Assembly (NCBI RefSeq): GCF_023055435.1
Contig: NW_025963968.1
Span: 5,828,001-5,892,000, forward strand
Direction: 5' to 3'
DNA from: Haliotis rufescens
Taxonomy: Eukaryota
DNA length: 64,000 nt
The notes under the pieces were generated by a model that did not search any database, was not told where the DNA came from, and was given only the letters and a program-made list of their open reading frames with translations. The translations under genes and the position numbers were made by a program. Every line of letters begins with the position of its first letter. Within the stretch, counting starts at the first letter, position 1. This document shows positions 36,393 to 48,407 of this stretch, one piece after another.

Positions 36393-37764
36393 ATTTGTCT
36401 GATGATCATCTTGTGAAGCTTGTCAAGACTAATGATGGAAACAAGATATTCCACAGTTTTATTAGACGAGCCAAGTATGTGGGACATAATCTCAATGTCA
36501 GTGTGGATTTTGTTGATGGTTCTGTCCTGCTGGACTGTACAGAAACGAGTGTCAACCAAGCGAAGTGCCATATCAAATCGGTCAACCAAGAGAAGTGCCA
36601 TATCAAATCGGTCAACCAAGCGAATGCACTTCATACGCACACATCAAACACTGAACATTATTTATCCGTTTTAAATATAAATAAATCTCGAATTTATAGT
36701 TTAAGTGAGTGAGTTAATATTTAATGTCACATCGGCAGTATTTCAGACATATCGAAAAGATCTAAATAGAGAGAGAAGAGCGTATTTGTCTGTTATGTAA
36801 TTTAAATGCGGTAGAGGATGAGTAACATTTTCTTTTGTATTTCCAGAATATGCATCATTAAGAAAGAAATATATATATCGGAATATGTACATCCCAATGA
36901 CTTTGAATTTAATTCCCTGTTGCCTTGGCCTTGCTGTGTAACAATTGCCAATCTTTATTCTATCATACTATGAAGTATAGAAAAACATATTCTTTTACAG
37001 AAATAGTATCCAGATACAATAGTCCTGTGTCCTCCTCAGGGCAGAAATAGAGATTGAATAAAGATGCCTGCCTTGTTATAGAATGTGTAACCATTTTAGT
37101 TTGAGGGAATATTAGAATAATGTTACCATACAGAACTCTGTTTACGGATTATAAGGTTATGGTACTCTGTATTATTTATTTAAATGTCTAAAGAACAGGA
37201 ACAATGTTTACGGTGATATTTTGAATCCGGAAATTCATAACCTCGGATACTTTCAATTTTACATGATTTGGGTAAGTATAGGGTCATACTTGAGCTTCGT
37301 TTTAACCTCAGTAAAACTCCTGCAAATACTACTACTACCTACTATATATTTTGTGAATCATGTTCATTATACCGACTTTCTTGACAAAGGTATAAGGATC
37401 TATATCGCCTTTACAGTAAATACAGAAGTTGTTATCTATAAATTGTATCTACTTTGTCATCCGTCAACTTCCAAGTAATGCCTATCAAACAACTCAAAAA
37501 TGCAAATAAGTTGACATCAAATTGAAGCGAATGTAATATTCTATTTATTTCTTTATGTGGCATCCAAAGCGAAGTACATAATGAATATGTTTAGCATTGA
37601 GAGAGTGCCACGGTCACAACGTTACCGTTTATCGAACCACTGCGGATTTGACCGGTGATCTCTGTGAGAAATAGTTCCTGTTTTATTGTTTCAGTACATA
37701 CATGTAGGTTACCAACTGATATGGGATTTGTCAACTGAAAAGCCGACCTGGAATTGGTGCTGTA

Positions 37765-38044
37765 GTGAGTGAATGAGTTGGGTTTAACGCCACTTTTAAC
37801 AATATTCCAGTTATATCACGGCGTTCCAGCTTAATGTGGGAGGAAAGCCCGAAGTGATGCAGGTCTCAGACGTTTACTACCTCGGTGAAACCCACGAGCA
37901 CGGGTATGGTGCTGACAAACCTAGAAACATAATTGGGGCGAACCGGGATTCGAACCCACAATCATAGGTTTCTGGCGTGCCCAAGGGACGCAACCCTGCA
38001 AAGCGAATCGCGGCGCCTTAGACGACTGGGTCACCCGTGCCCCC
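37765..38044 (-). mobile_element. tRNA-SINE family 2
   Basis: Near-identical to 34111-34394; TSD AATTGGTG(C/T)TGTA. Confidence 0.88.
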
Positions 38045-38489
38045 AATTGGTGTTGTAACAATGCAGTAACGCCTTGACGTATGAGAAATATCATTGATCT
38101 CGCACTCTTGTTAATGTCGCCCTCTGAACAATTACTCTATCTAAACACAAACGCGTTGCAGTCAATATAAGTATGTATACTCAAATTGCAAATTGTGTGA
38201 CTTCGGCATCCCAGTGACCAAGGTCAACTGGAAATGTCAAGGCAGATGAAATCCAGATTTTTTTCAAATTCAGATTTTGTCTGTACACACTTCCACAGAA
38301 TGTACTCTCCGATAATCATATGAATATTTCCTTTAATGGTCCTCTTGATCTTGGCTCATTTTCGTGGCTCTCTCTTCCCATCTTGAAGTCCACGGTCCTT
38401 GCACTCCTTAACAAAGAAAGGAGCATAGTCCCCTTAGTGTGACACCATGACCGCAGTCATGGCTGTTGGAGTTTTCACTTTCCTTCACA

Positions 38490-41400
38490 CAGTACTATGT
38501 ATTGTATGAGTCGTGTCTACAGCTGTAGGTATTGTATATGTAGTGAGTCATGTTTACAGCTATAGGTATTGTACATGTAGTGAGTCGTGTATACAGCTAT
38601 AGGTAATGTACATGCAGTGAGTCGTGTATACAGCTATAGGTATTGTACATGTAGTGAGTCGTGTGTACAGCTATAGGTATTGTACATGTAGTGAGTCGTG
38701 TATACAGCTATTGGTAGTGTACATGTAGTGAGTCGTGTATACAGCTATAGGTATTGTACATGTAGTGAGTCGTGTATACTGCTATAGGTATTGTACATGT
38801 AGTGAGTCGTGTATACAGCTATAGGTATTGTACATTTAGTGAGTCGTATGTACAGCTATAGGCATTGTACATGCAGTGAGTCGTGTATACAGCTATAGGT
38901 AGTGTACATGTGGTGAGTGGTGTATACAGCTATAGTTATTGTACATGTAGTGAGTCGTGTATACAGCTATAGTCATTGTACATGTAGTGAGTCGTGTATA
39001 CAGCTATTGGTAGTGTACATGTAGTGAGTCGTGTATACAGCTATAGGTATTTACATGTAGTGAGTCGTGTATACAGCTATTGGTATTGTACATGTAATGA
39101 GTCGTGTATACAGCTATAGGTAATGTACATGTAGTGAGTCGTGTATACAGCTATTGGTATTGTACATGTAGTGAGTCGTGTATACAGCTATAGGTATTTA
39201 CATGTAGTGAGTCGTGTATACAGCTAAAGGTATTGTACATGTAGTGAGTCGTGTATACAGCTATAGGTATTGTACATGTAGTGAGTCGTGTAAACAGCTA
39301 TAGGTTTTGTACATGTAGTGAGTCGTGTATACAGCTATAGGTATTGTACATGTAGTGAGACGTGTATACAGCTATAGGTATTGTACATGTAGTGAGTCGT
39401 GTATACAGCTATAGGTATTGTACATGTTGTGAGTCGTGTGTACAGCTATAGGTATTGTACATGTAGTGAGTCGTGTATACAGCTATAGGTATTATAGATA
39501 CAGCTATGGGTATTTTACATGTAGTGAGTCGTGTTTACAGCTATAGGTATTGTGCATGTAGTGAGTCGTGTATACAGCTATTGGTATTGTACATGTAGTG
39601 AGTCGTGTATACAGCTATAGGTATTTACATGTAGTGAGTCGTGTATACAGCTAAAGGTATTGTACATGTAGTGAGTCGTGTATACAGCTATAGGTATTGT
39701 ACATGTAGTGAGTCGTGTAAACAGCTATAGGTTTTGTACATGTAGTGAGTCGTGTATACAGCTATAGGTATTGTACATGTAGTGAAACGTGTATACAGCT
39801 ATAGGTATTGTACATGTAGTGAGTCGTGTATACAGCTATAGGTATTGTACATGTTGTGAGTCGTGTGTACAGCTATAGATATTGTACATGTAGTGAGTCG
39901 TGTATACAGCTATAGGTATTATAGATACAGCTATGGGTATTTTACATGTAGTGAGTCGTGTTTACAGCTATAGGTATTGTGCATGTAGTGAGTCGTGTAT
40001 ACAGCTCTAGGTATTGTACATGTAGTGAGTCGTGTATACTGCTATAGGTATTGTACATGTAGTGAGTCGTGTATACTGCTATAGGTATTGTACATGTAGT
40101 GAGTCGTGTAAACAGCTATAGATATTGTACATTTAGTTAGTCGTGTATACAGCTATAGGCATTGTACATGTAGTGAGTCGTGTATACAGCTATAGGTAGT
40201 GTACATGTAGTGAGTCGTGTATACAGCTATAGTTATTGTACATGTAGTGAGTCGTGTATACAGCTATAGTCATTGTACATGTAGTGAGTCGTGTGTACAG
40301 CTATAGGTCTTTACATTTAGTGAGTCGTGTATACAGCTATAGTCATTGTACAGGTAGTGAGTCGTGTATACAGCTATAGGTATTGTACATGTAGTGAGTC
40401 GTGTATACAGCTATTGATACAGTATATGTAGTGAGTCGTGTAAACAGCTATAGGTATTGTACATGTAGTGAGTCGTGTATACAGCTATAGGTATTGTACA
40501 TGTAGTGAGTCGTGTATACAGCTATATGTATTGTACATGTAGTGAGTCGTGTATACAGCTATAGGTATTGTACATTTAGTGAGTCGTGTATACAGCTATT
40601 GATATAGTATATGTAGTGAGTCGTGTATACAGCTATAGTCATTGTACATGTAGTGAGTCGTGTGTACAGCTATAGGTCTTTACATGTAGTGAGTCGTGTA
40701 TACAGCTATATTGTACATTTAGTGAGTCGTGTATACAGCTATAGTCATTGTACAGGTAGTGAGTCGTGTATACAGCTATAGGTATTGTACATGTAGTGAG
40801 TCTTGTATACAGCTATGGGTATTGTACATGTAGTGAGTCGTGTATACAGCTATTGATATAGTATATGTAGTGAGTCGTGTATAAAACTATAGGTATTGTA
40901 CATGTAGTGAGTCGTGTATACAGCTATAGGTATTGTACATGTAGTGAAACGTGTATACAGCTATAGGTATTGTACATGTAGTGAGTCGTGTATACAGCTA
41001 TAGGTATTGTACATGTAGTGAGTCGTGTATACAGCTATTGATATAGTATATGTAGTGAGTCGTGTATACAGCTATAGTCATTGTACATGTAGTGAGTCAT
41101 GTGTACAGCTATAGGTCTTTACATGTAGTGAGTCGTGTATACAGCTATATTGTACATTTAGTGAGTCGTGTATACAGCTATAGTTATTGTACATGTAGTG
41201 CGACGTGTATACAGCTATAGTCATTGTACATGTAGTGAGTCATGTGTACAGCTATAGGTCTTTACATGTAGTGAGTCGTGTATACAGCTAAATTGTACAT
41301 GTAGTGAGTCGTGTGTACAGCTATAGGTCTTTACATGTAGTGAGTCGTGTATACAGCTATATTGTACATGTAGTGAGTCGTGTGTACAGCTATAGTTATT

Positions 41401-41710
41401 GTACATGTAGTGCGACGTGTATACAGCTATAGGTATTGTACATGTAGTGAGTCGTGTATACAGCTATAGGTATTGTACATGTAGTGAGTCGTGTATACAG
41501 CTATATGTATTGTACATGTAGTGAGTCGTGTATACAGCTATAGATATTGTACATGTAGTGAGTCGTGTATACAGCTATTGATATAGTATATGTAGTGAGT
41601 CGTGTATACAGCTATAGGTATTGTACATGTAGTGAATCGTGTATACACCTATTGATATAGTATATGTAGTGAGTCGTGTATACAGCTATAGGTATTGTAC
41701 ATGTAGTGAG
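38490..41710. repeat. Satellite D (37-bp TGTACATGTAGTGAGTCGTGTATACAGCTATAGGTAT)
   Basis: Tandem array of roughly 85 units. Confidence 0.97.
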
Positions 41711-42322
41711 TATCATTTGGGGCGCGTATACAGCTTGAAATGGGGAAAGCGTGAGTGAGTGCATGGGTTGGATTCTACGCTGCTTTTAGCAAGATTCCAG
41801 CAATATCACGACAGGGTACATCAGAAATGGGTTCACGCAGTGTACCCATGTGGGGATCAAACCCATGCCTTTTGGAGTTATATCAGCACGCACCAACTCA
41901 GCATGAAGCCCTAAGTGACGTACGTCTCCATTGTTTCCCGCTTGGGTGACACCCACAATCAAGGGGATGGTTGAGAAAAGCCTTGAAACAATCGGGGTGA
42001 GTCTGGGATTTCAATCCTCGACAACATATAAGTATATTTGTTTAGTTGATGACATATATAATACCATCACAGTGACCTCGAACGCTACATACGCCAACAG
42101 AAATTCCACCTTGAGTTGTAGATGTACAGATAAACAAATATTTTCTTTTGTTCATAGTGCTTTTATTGTCAGAAACAACACCAACGATGACCTTATGACA
42201 TGTCAACCTCTGAACAAATAATTAATACAGATGCATCTATCTGAGACGTATCTGAACCAATCATCCTGAGCTAACTTGTCGAAAGCTGAAGCATCGACCA
42301 GTCATGTGAAGGCAAGATCACA

Positions 42323-43970
42323 TCACACGCGAGGCACAGAGGGCTTGGGGGGTAGGTCAAGAGCCTCTCGGAGATGCATGGAGTAGAGGTCATGAGGGCT
42401 GTAACCATGGGGACCTCCAGCTGGTTTAGCTGCTGGTGATGCTGCCTGTTCTGCTGTTGGTTTTGGTGCTGCTGGGTGGCCTTGTTGTGGAGGAAGGTCT
42501 AGTGCCTCAGCGAGGTGCAGTGAGAACAAGCGGTCGTACTGGTTCTGGTGACCAAGGGAAGAGGACTTGGAAGCTTGATACTGAGCCGCACCCTTGCTGG
42601 CAGGTGCTCCAAGGGTTTCAGCGAGCTGGTGCAAGTTGTGATGTCCTCCATAGTGAGGAAGCTCCATTTCAGCGAGCATGTTGAGTCTCAACATGTTGTT
42701 GAGGGCGTCGTATCCACGTTGGGAAGCACCAGGGTAGAGGCCAGATGCAGCCCCTGCTGGAGAGTTGGGTTCTGGGATGGGAACCCGTGGGGAGGCTGCT
42801 GTTTTAGCTGGCGCAGATGCTGGGTCAGCCAATGGATTCGCAGGGGAGCGGGAAAAAGGGTCTGCTGAGAAAGGGGCAGGGAAAGGGTCTGCAAAGTTGG
42901 GGCCAGTGGCAGAGAAAGGGCCTAAAGAGATCTGGGAAGGGGAAGGGGCAAATGGGGCTTGAGCCTGGTCAGGGGCGGAAGCACCACGGGGATTAGGGGA
43001 GTCCTCTTTGATGATGATGATAGTATTCTGGGGAAAGGGTTGGTGTCTGAGTGTGTTTCTGCTGGAAGCGCGGATAGGCTGAGTGTCGTATCCTTGCTCG
43101 GTCTGGGAACCGTAGTGATCAGGTAGGCCATTGGCAACGACATACTGGGGCTGTGGAGCTGGGACATAGACTTTTTGAGCTTGTTGGGCTGGGGGATAGA
43201 CGTTTTGAGTTTGTGGGGCTGGGGGATAGACTTTCTGAGCTTGTGGGGCTGGGGGATAGACGTTCTGAGCTTGTGGGGCTGGGGGATAGACTCTCTGAGT
43301 TTGTGGGGCTGGGGGATAGACTTTTTGAGTTTGAGGGCCTCGGGGGTAGACGTTTTGAGTTTGTGGGGCAAGGGGATAGACATTTTGAGTTTGTGGGGCT
43401 GGAGGGTAGACATTTTGAGTTTGTGGGGCTGGAGGGTAGACTTTTTGAGTTTGTGGGGCTTGTGGGGTTGGTCGAGCAGGAGCCACCTGTTTGACTTGAG
43501 TGGACTTGATGGCTTTTCTTTGGAGTGTTTTAGTGGGATTGTAGATAATCTGTCTTCCAAATCTTGGGGTTTGGACCCTGCGATTTATCAGCTGATTGTA
43601 AGGATTGATAATATATGGTGAACCTGCAAGAAAACCAAAAGTCCATTTAAATACAAGCGACGAAACCCTTTTCCATATGGGTCCGACATTTTGATATTCC
43701 CCTTTTGGGTGAGTGAGTGAGTGAGTGAGTGAGTGAGTGAGTGAGTGAGTGAGTGAGTTGGGTTTAAAGCCGCTTTGAACGGAACTCAGACAGTATCATG
43801 GCCACATCATGAAGCAGTTCCGTCGCATGCCAGCTGGATCTATGGACAACTCAGGAAACAGTATGCTCTTGATGACACATGTTAGGAATGTACGTACCAA
43901 TAACGAAAGCGTCGGTCACAAGACAGCAACATCCTAGTACGGCCATGGCCAACATGATGACGGCTCTCAT
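42323..43970 (-). CDS. Family B secreted Pro/Ala/Gln-rich repeat protein B2 (457 aa); complement(join(42323..43623,43898..43970)); exon 1 ends 45221
   Basis: 73-nt exon MRAVIMLAMAVLGCCCLVTDAFVI, donor GTACGT, acceptor tgcAG, in frame with ORF 42323..43486. Ten QNVYPPAPQT-type repeats. Clear paralog of B1 (shared QPQYV.ANG.PD.YGSQ, MLRL.MLAEMELPHYGGH.NLHQLA). TATATAAA at 45289-45296 (-). Confidence 0.9.
43708..43758. repeat. (GAGT)n microsatellite (expanded SINE tail remnant) in B2 intron 2
   Basis: Direct reading; shorter homolog at ~33347-33360 in B1. Confidence 0.9.
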
Positions 43971-44384
43971 CGTATCTATATGATGCCCAATAAGCTTTCT
44001 GAAAACAACATTTGAACAAATGAAAACAATACTTCTATTGGTTGCCCAGCGTTGTCAGTGTACGATTAACCACTGGATCATTTGTGGTGGATTTTCACAC
44101 GTGAGTGAGTTAGTTATATCATCGATCACATACTCTCCTCCAACTTGGTTGATGCATGTCATCGTATCCCAATTACTTGGGTCGATGCTCATGATGTCAA
44201 TCACTGAATTGTCTGGTCCAGACTCGATTATTTACAGACCTTCATATAGCTGCAATATTGCTGAGTGTGGCGTTAAACAACGAATAAACAAACATGTGGA
44301 GAAAAAGTCCATTTTTTTATCACTTCCGTAAACTCTTGGACATACATATGACACTTACAAACCCAGAAACATGATCAGAACAAT

Positions 44385-44830
44385 ACTTAACCCAACAAAG
44401 TAAGCAGATATATGTAGAATGGATGGAAATAAACTTCCTTATATACAGCACACCCTATACCACACGTGGTAATAACTTAACCCAACCAAGTAAGCAGATA
44501 TATGTAGAATGGATGGATACAAGCTTCCTTAAACACAGCACACCCTATACCACACGTGGTAATAACTTTACGAAACCAAGTAAGCAGATATATGTAGAAT
44601 GGATGGAAATAAACTTCCTTAAACACAGCACACCCTATACCACACGTGGTAATAACTTTACCCAACCAAGTAAGCAGATATATGTAGAATGGATGGAAAT
44701 AAACTTCCTTAAACACAGCACACCCTATACCACACGTGGTAATAACTTTACGAAACCAAGTAAGCAGATATATGTAGAATGGATGGAAATAAACTTCCTT
44801 ATATACAGCACATCCTATACCACACGTGGT
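44385..44830. repeat. 90-bp minisatellite, 5 copies, in B2 intron 1
   Basis: TAAGCAGATA recurs at 44401, 44491, 44581, 44671 and 44761. Confidence 0.95.
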
Positions 44831-45220
44831 AGACAATTACTACTTGAGTACGCTCAGTGTACCTTATGTCGCCATGATTCTACGTTATTCATTAACGCTA
44901 AGTTGTAACTTTTCTCTTAGTGTATCGAAACATCTGTGTCAACTCGGTCTTGCAGTTCAGAAGGTCATATGTACGTAATGTTAGACCATTTGAGTGAGTG
45001 AGTGTGGTTTTACGCCGTTTTAGCAAGAATTCAGCAATATCACGCCGGGGAACACCAAAAATCGGCTTCACACATTGTACCCATTTGGGGAAGCAAAACC
45101 GGGCCTTCGGGGTGACGAGCGAACGCTTTAACCACCAGGCTACCCTGCCGCCTCAAGATCATTGGAAGAAAAAACTGTAACTAAGAAATAAAAAAAGTTA
45201 CAAGCAAACATTGAACTCAC

Positions 45221-45329
45221 CAGTTGCTGCTGTTGGTCTGCTGTTGACGAAGGTGGAGAAGGAATGATACTCGTGACGACCGTCGGGGTTTATATACCTC
45301 CATCGTCCACCGGTCAACAGTCATCGTGA
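45221..45329 (-). promoter_or_regulatory. B2 promoter and non-coding exon 1 (TCACGATG 45322-45329, TATATAAA 45289-45296, donor GTGAGT)
   Basis: Canonical TATA, TCATT Inr-like site about 30 bp downstream, and an exon ending CAGCAGCAACTG|GTGAG, similar to the family A exon-1 end CAGCAGCAACAG|GTGAG. Confidence 0.7.
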
Positions 45330-45559
45330 TGGGCCGGACAAAGGAGAAGAGGAGGGGCATCCATCAGGAGTATGCGCATGCGTCAATCTGTAAGGTTCGT
45401 GAAACTTTGGTCTGGCAAAATACCTAGTTTTGTTCTTCTGAACCTATATTAACTAATAAGCACTAAAATGGACTGATACCTTGAATTTCTGAACAGACAA
45501 AGATATTTGCCAGGGAGTTGTATTCAAGCCTTTGCATCATGCACAGGCGGGGACTGATT

Positions 45560-46990
45560 GGTAGGTCCCACTACACATTGAGCGGTTCCTAGAATGACAT
45601 GGAATACACTCTGTATCTCACACAGACGGTGGAGGATAGAGACAATGATATATTCCGTTAGATACACAAAAAGGCTGGACAAGTCGATAGAATTTCATTC
45701 GAAAGTGAATTGATCGAGTTATATACAGGGGATGAAGACAAGCTGGACGATAAGTCTTTTAATGACCTAGCCAACGCGATGTGTGAAAATGTGCCTATGG
45801 ATAGTTAATGAAGTGAATCTCAAGTAAAGGTTTAGCATAGGAACATACCTCAGAGGTTTTTTACCTCTTCAGGTTCAGGTTTATATTATCATATGTCCAC
45901 TCTGATGTTGTTCAGAAACCCTGGGAACACTAATGTTGATTCTGGTTTGAGCAACAAGATAAGCAATCACAGAAAAATATAGACATCACGTCAATCATTG
46001 AGAATAAACTAGTTCTTAAAGGTACCACTTCAAGACCATGATCCGATACTTTAGACAGATATAGACTTGAACTAAAACGAGTGAAACAAAACATTAACAT
46101 GATAAAATCGCAAAGACCGTACCAAATTACAAACACATGTATTTATTTCGATCGATATTTGCACCTAAAACACTTAACCAGGCTGTTTAACCTGATGATA
46201 CGTACTTGCTATACACCTGCACCGTTAAGATCCGGAACAATTATTCCAATATATAAAGGAAACAATTAGGACACATCGAATGTATAAACTCAAAGAAGTT
46301 TTATCGTTCTACACGGAAATATCATCCAATGTTTACACTGTGTTTCTTGATAATGAGAAAGCGTTTGGTCACATCTGGCACAACGGACTACACTTGAAAC
46401 TATTTTTCCTCGGTGTACAAGGGAAAGCCTGGCATATCATACGTCAGTCGTATCACGTCCATCAATACGCTTGCCAATGGAAACTAACACATAATGCAGG
46501 CATAAGCTGTCTTAGTGCTTAAAGGTGGAAACAAAATAAACGAATCGTGTTCTTTTAAACTATGTTCCCATATACTGGACATGAAATCGAACACAGTGCT
46601 AGGAGGTTTAGTCATTTATGTTCATTTTTAATCCAAAATGAGAGCTTGTGTCAAGACGAGAGACAATTTAAACTCCCTGAGAGATATTGGACTAAAAGTA
46701 TGTGGTCTGAACCCAATCTGTTATGGAGGAAGTTACAGTTCCATGTTCCTTCCTTCTAATATATCCAAGAAAGATTACATTGAAAACAGAAGTCGAAAAC
46801 TCCACCTTGCATGTACTGTACACATGTTCCTGTAAGATCTCCGCCCGTTGCAATTATTCGGACCTGGGATTGTGGACTAGACAGCTGTGATTGACAAAAC
46901 TAATTATGCACCTTATACAATATGTCAACCAGATCTGTGAGCTCCTGTACCAATAAATAGAGGATGTTATATAAATGTTCATGTCATACT
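45560..46990 (+). pseudogene. Degraded LINE ORF2 fragment
   Basis: SGTIIPIYKG and VYTVFLDNEKAFGHIWHNGL..KL..LGVQGKAW RT motifs; many stops. Confidence 0.75.
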
Positions 46991-47059
46991 ATGTTTACGA
47001 CAGGAGTGTTATATAGTATAACATGACCACGAATATGATGTTCTATTTACTACCGAAGT

Positions 47060-47326
47060 GGGGGCACGGGTGGCCCAGTCATCTAAGGCGCCGCGATTCG
47101 CTGTGCAGAGCTGCGTCCTTTGGGCACGCCGGAAACCTATTATTGTGGGTTCGAATCCCGGTTCGCCCCGATGATGTTTCTAGGTTTGTTAGCACCATAT
47201 GCGTGCTCGTGGGTTTCACCGAAGTGGTAAATGTCTCGGACCTGCATCACTTCGGCCTTCCTCCCACATTAAGCCGACACGCCGTGATATAACTGTTAAA
47301 AGCGGCGTTAAACCCAACTCACTCAC
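47060..47326 (+). mobile_element. tRNA-SINE family 2
   Basis: Same family; degenerate TSD TACTAC(CG/TA)AAGT. Confidence 0.85.
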
Positions 47327-48056
47327 TACTACTAAAGTAGATGTCTTCATACAGAGACAAATTTTAGTGTTTACCTATAAGGACAGCAAGTCGCAACAGC
47401 AGCGGAACTACAATTTGTCGAATGACGTTAACAATCTTCAGCTATAACGTCGATTCTAGTATGACGTCATTCTGACCTCACGTCACAATAAGATGCAATG
47501 GCGTCAACAATGCCTTTCGGATGACGGAAAAAAATACACTGTTGTCTCGTGACGTGATATAACCCAAGGGCAAATACGACTTTTATGAACCTCTCTATGT
47601 TTGCCCACGAAGGTAACAAAACCAGGACTGTGCGATAACGAGTGTTATTACATAATAAAACTCCAAATGCTGAGTTGTACAGCTTCAGCTGATGCAAGGA
47701 ACACCCTTTATATGGAATGTATTTGACACTTTATACATCGAATCCTGTTTGTGTATTGTAGACTGTACAGATGACGAAGTGAACATTGTGACAAGCTAGG
47801 TGACATAACCCCATTTGCAGAGGATATTAGCATTGACACATGGGCTGGATTCAAAGCATATGTATCAAGAGATATAAGCTCCTGGAACCTGCTGTCAATA
47901 CATATTAGGAAACTTTCAATTTCTCTACACCATGCTTCAGTACATCTGCTGTGTTAACATGAATAGAAATGTATGTCACTCCACAAACCAAATGGAAGAA
48001 GCAAAGACCATTCTTTTCTTCTCCCTTCCTTCCTTCCCTCCTTCCTTCCTTCCCTC

Positions 48057-48338
48057 TTGTAGTGAGGCGTGTATACAGCTGTAGGTACTGTACATACAGT
48101 GAGTCCTGTATACAGCTATAGGTATTGTACATGTAGTGAGTCGTGTATACAGCTATAAGTATAGTACATATAGTGAGTCATGTACAGCTATAGGTATTGT
48201 ACATTTAGTGAGTCGTGTATACAGCTATATTGTACATGTAGTGAATCGTGTATACAGCTATAGGTATTGTACATGTAGTGAGTCGTGTATACAGCTATAT
48301 GTATTGAACATATAGTGAGTCATGTATACAGCTATAGG
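48057..48338. repeat. Satellite D (left portion of split array)
   Basis: Same 37-bp unit. Confidence 0.9.

Positions 48339-48339
<1 letters not shown>

Positions 48340-48407
<68 letters not shown>

Noticed and set aside
38490-41710. 37-bp regularly repeated unit suggestive of a CRISPR array
   Set aside because: Units are contiguous with no unique spacers, there are no cas genes, and the context is eukaryotic
44423-44908. 161-aa ORF with 30-aa repeats
   Set aside because: Translation of the intronic 90-bp minisatellite, antisense to B2, with no supporting gene structure
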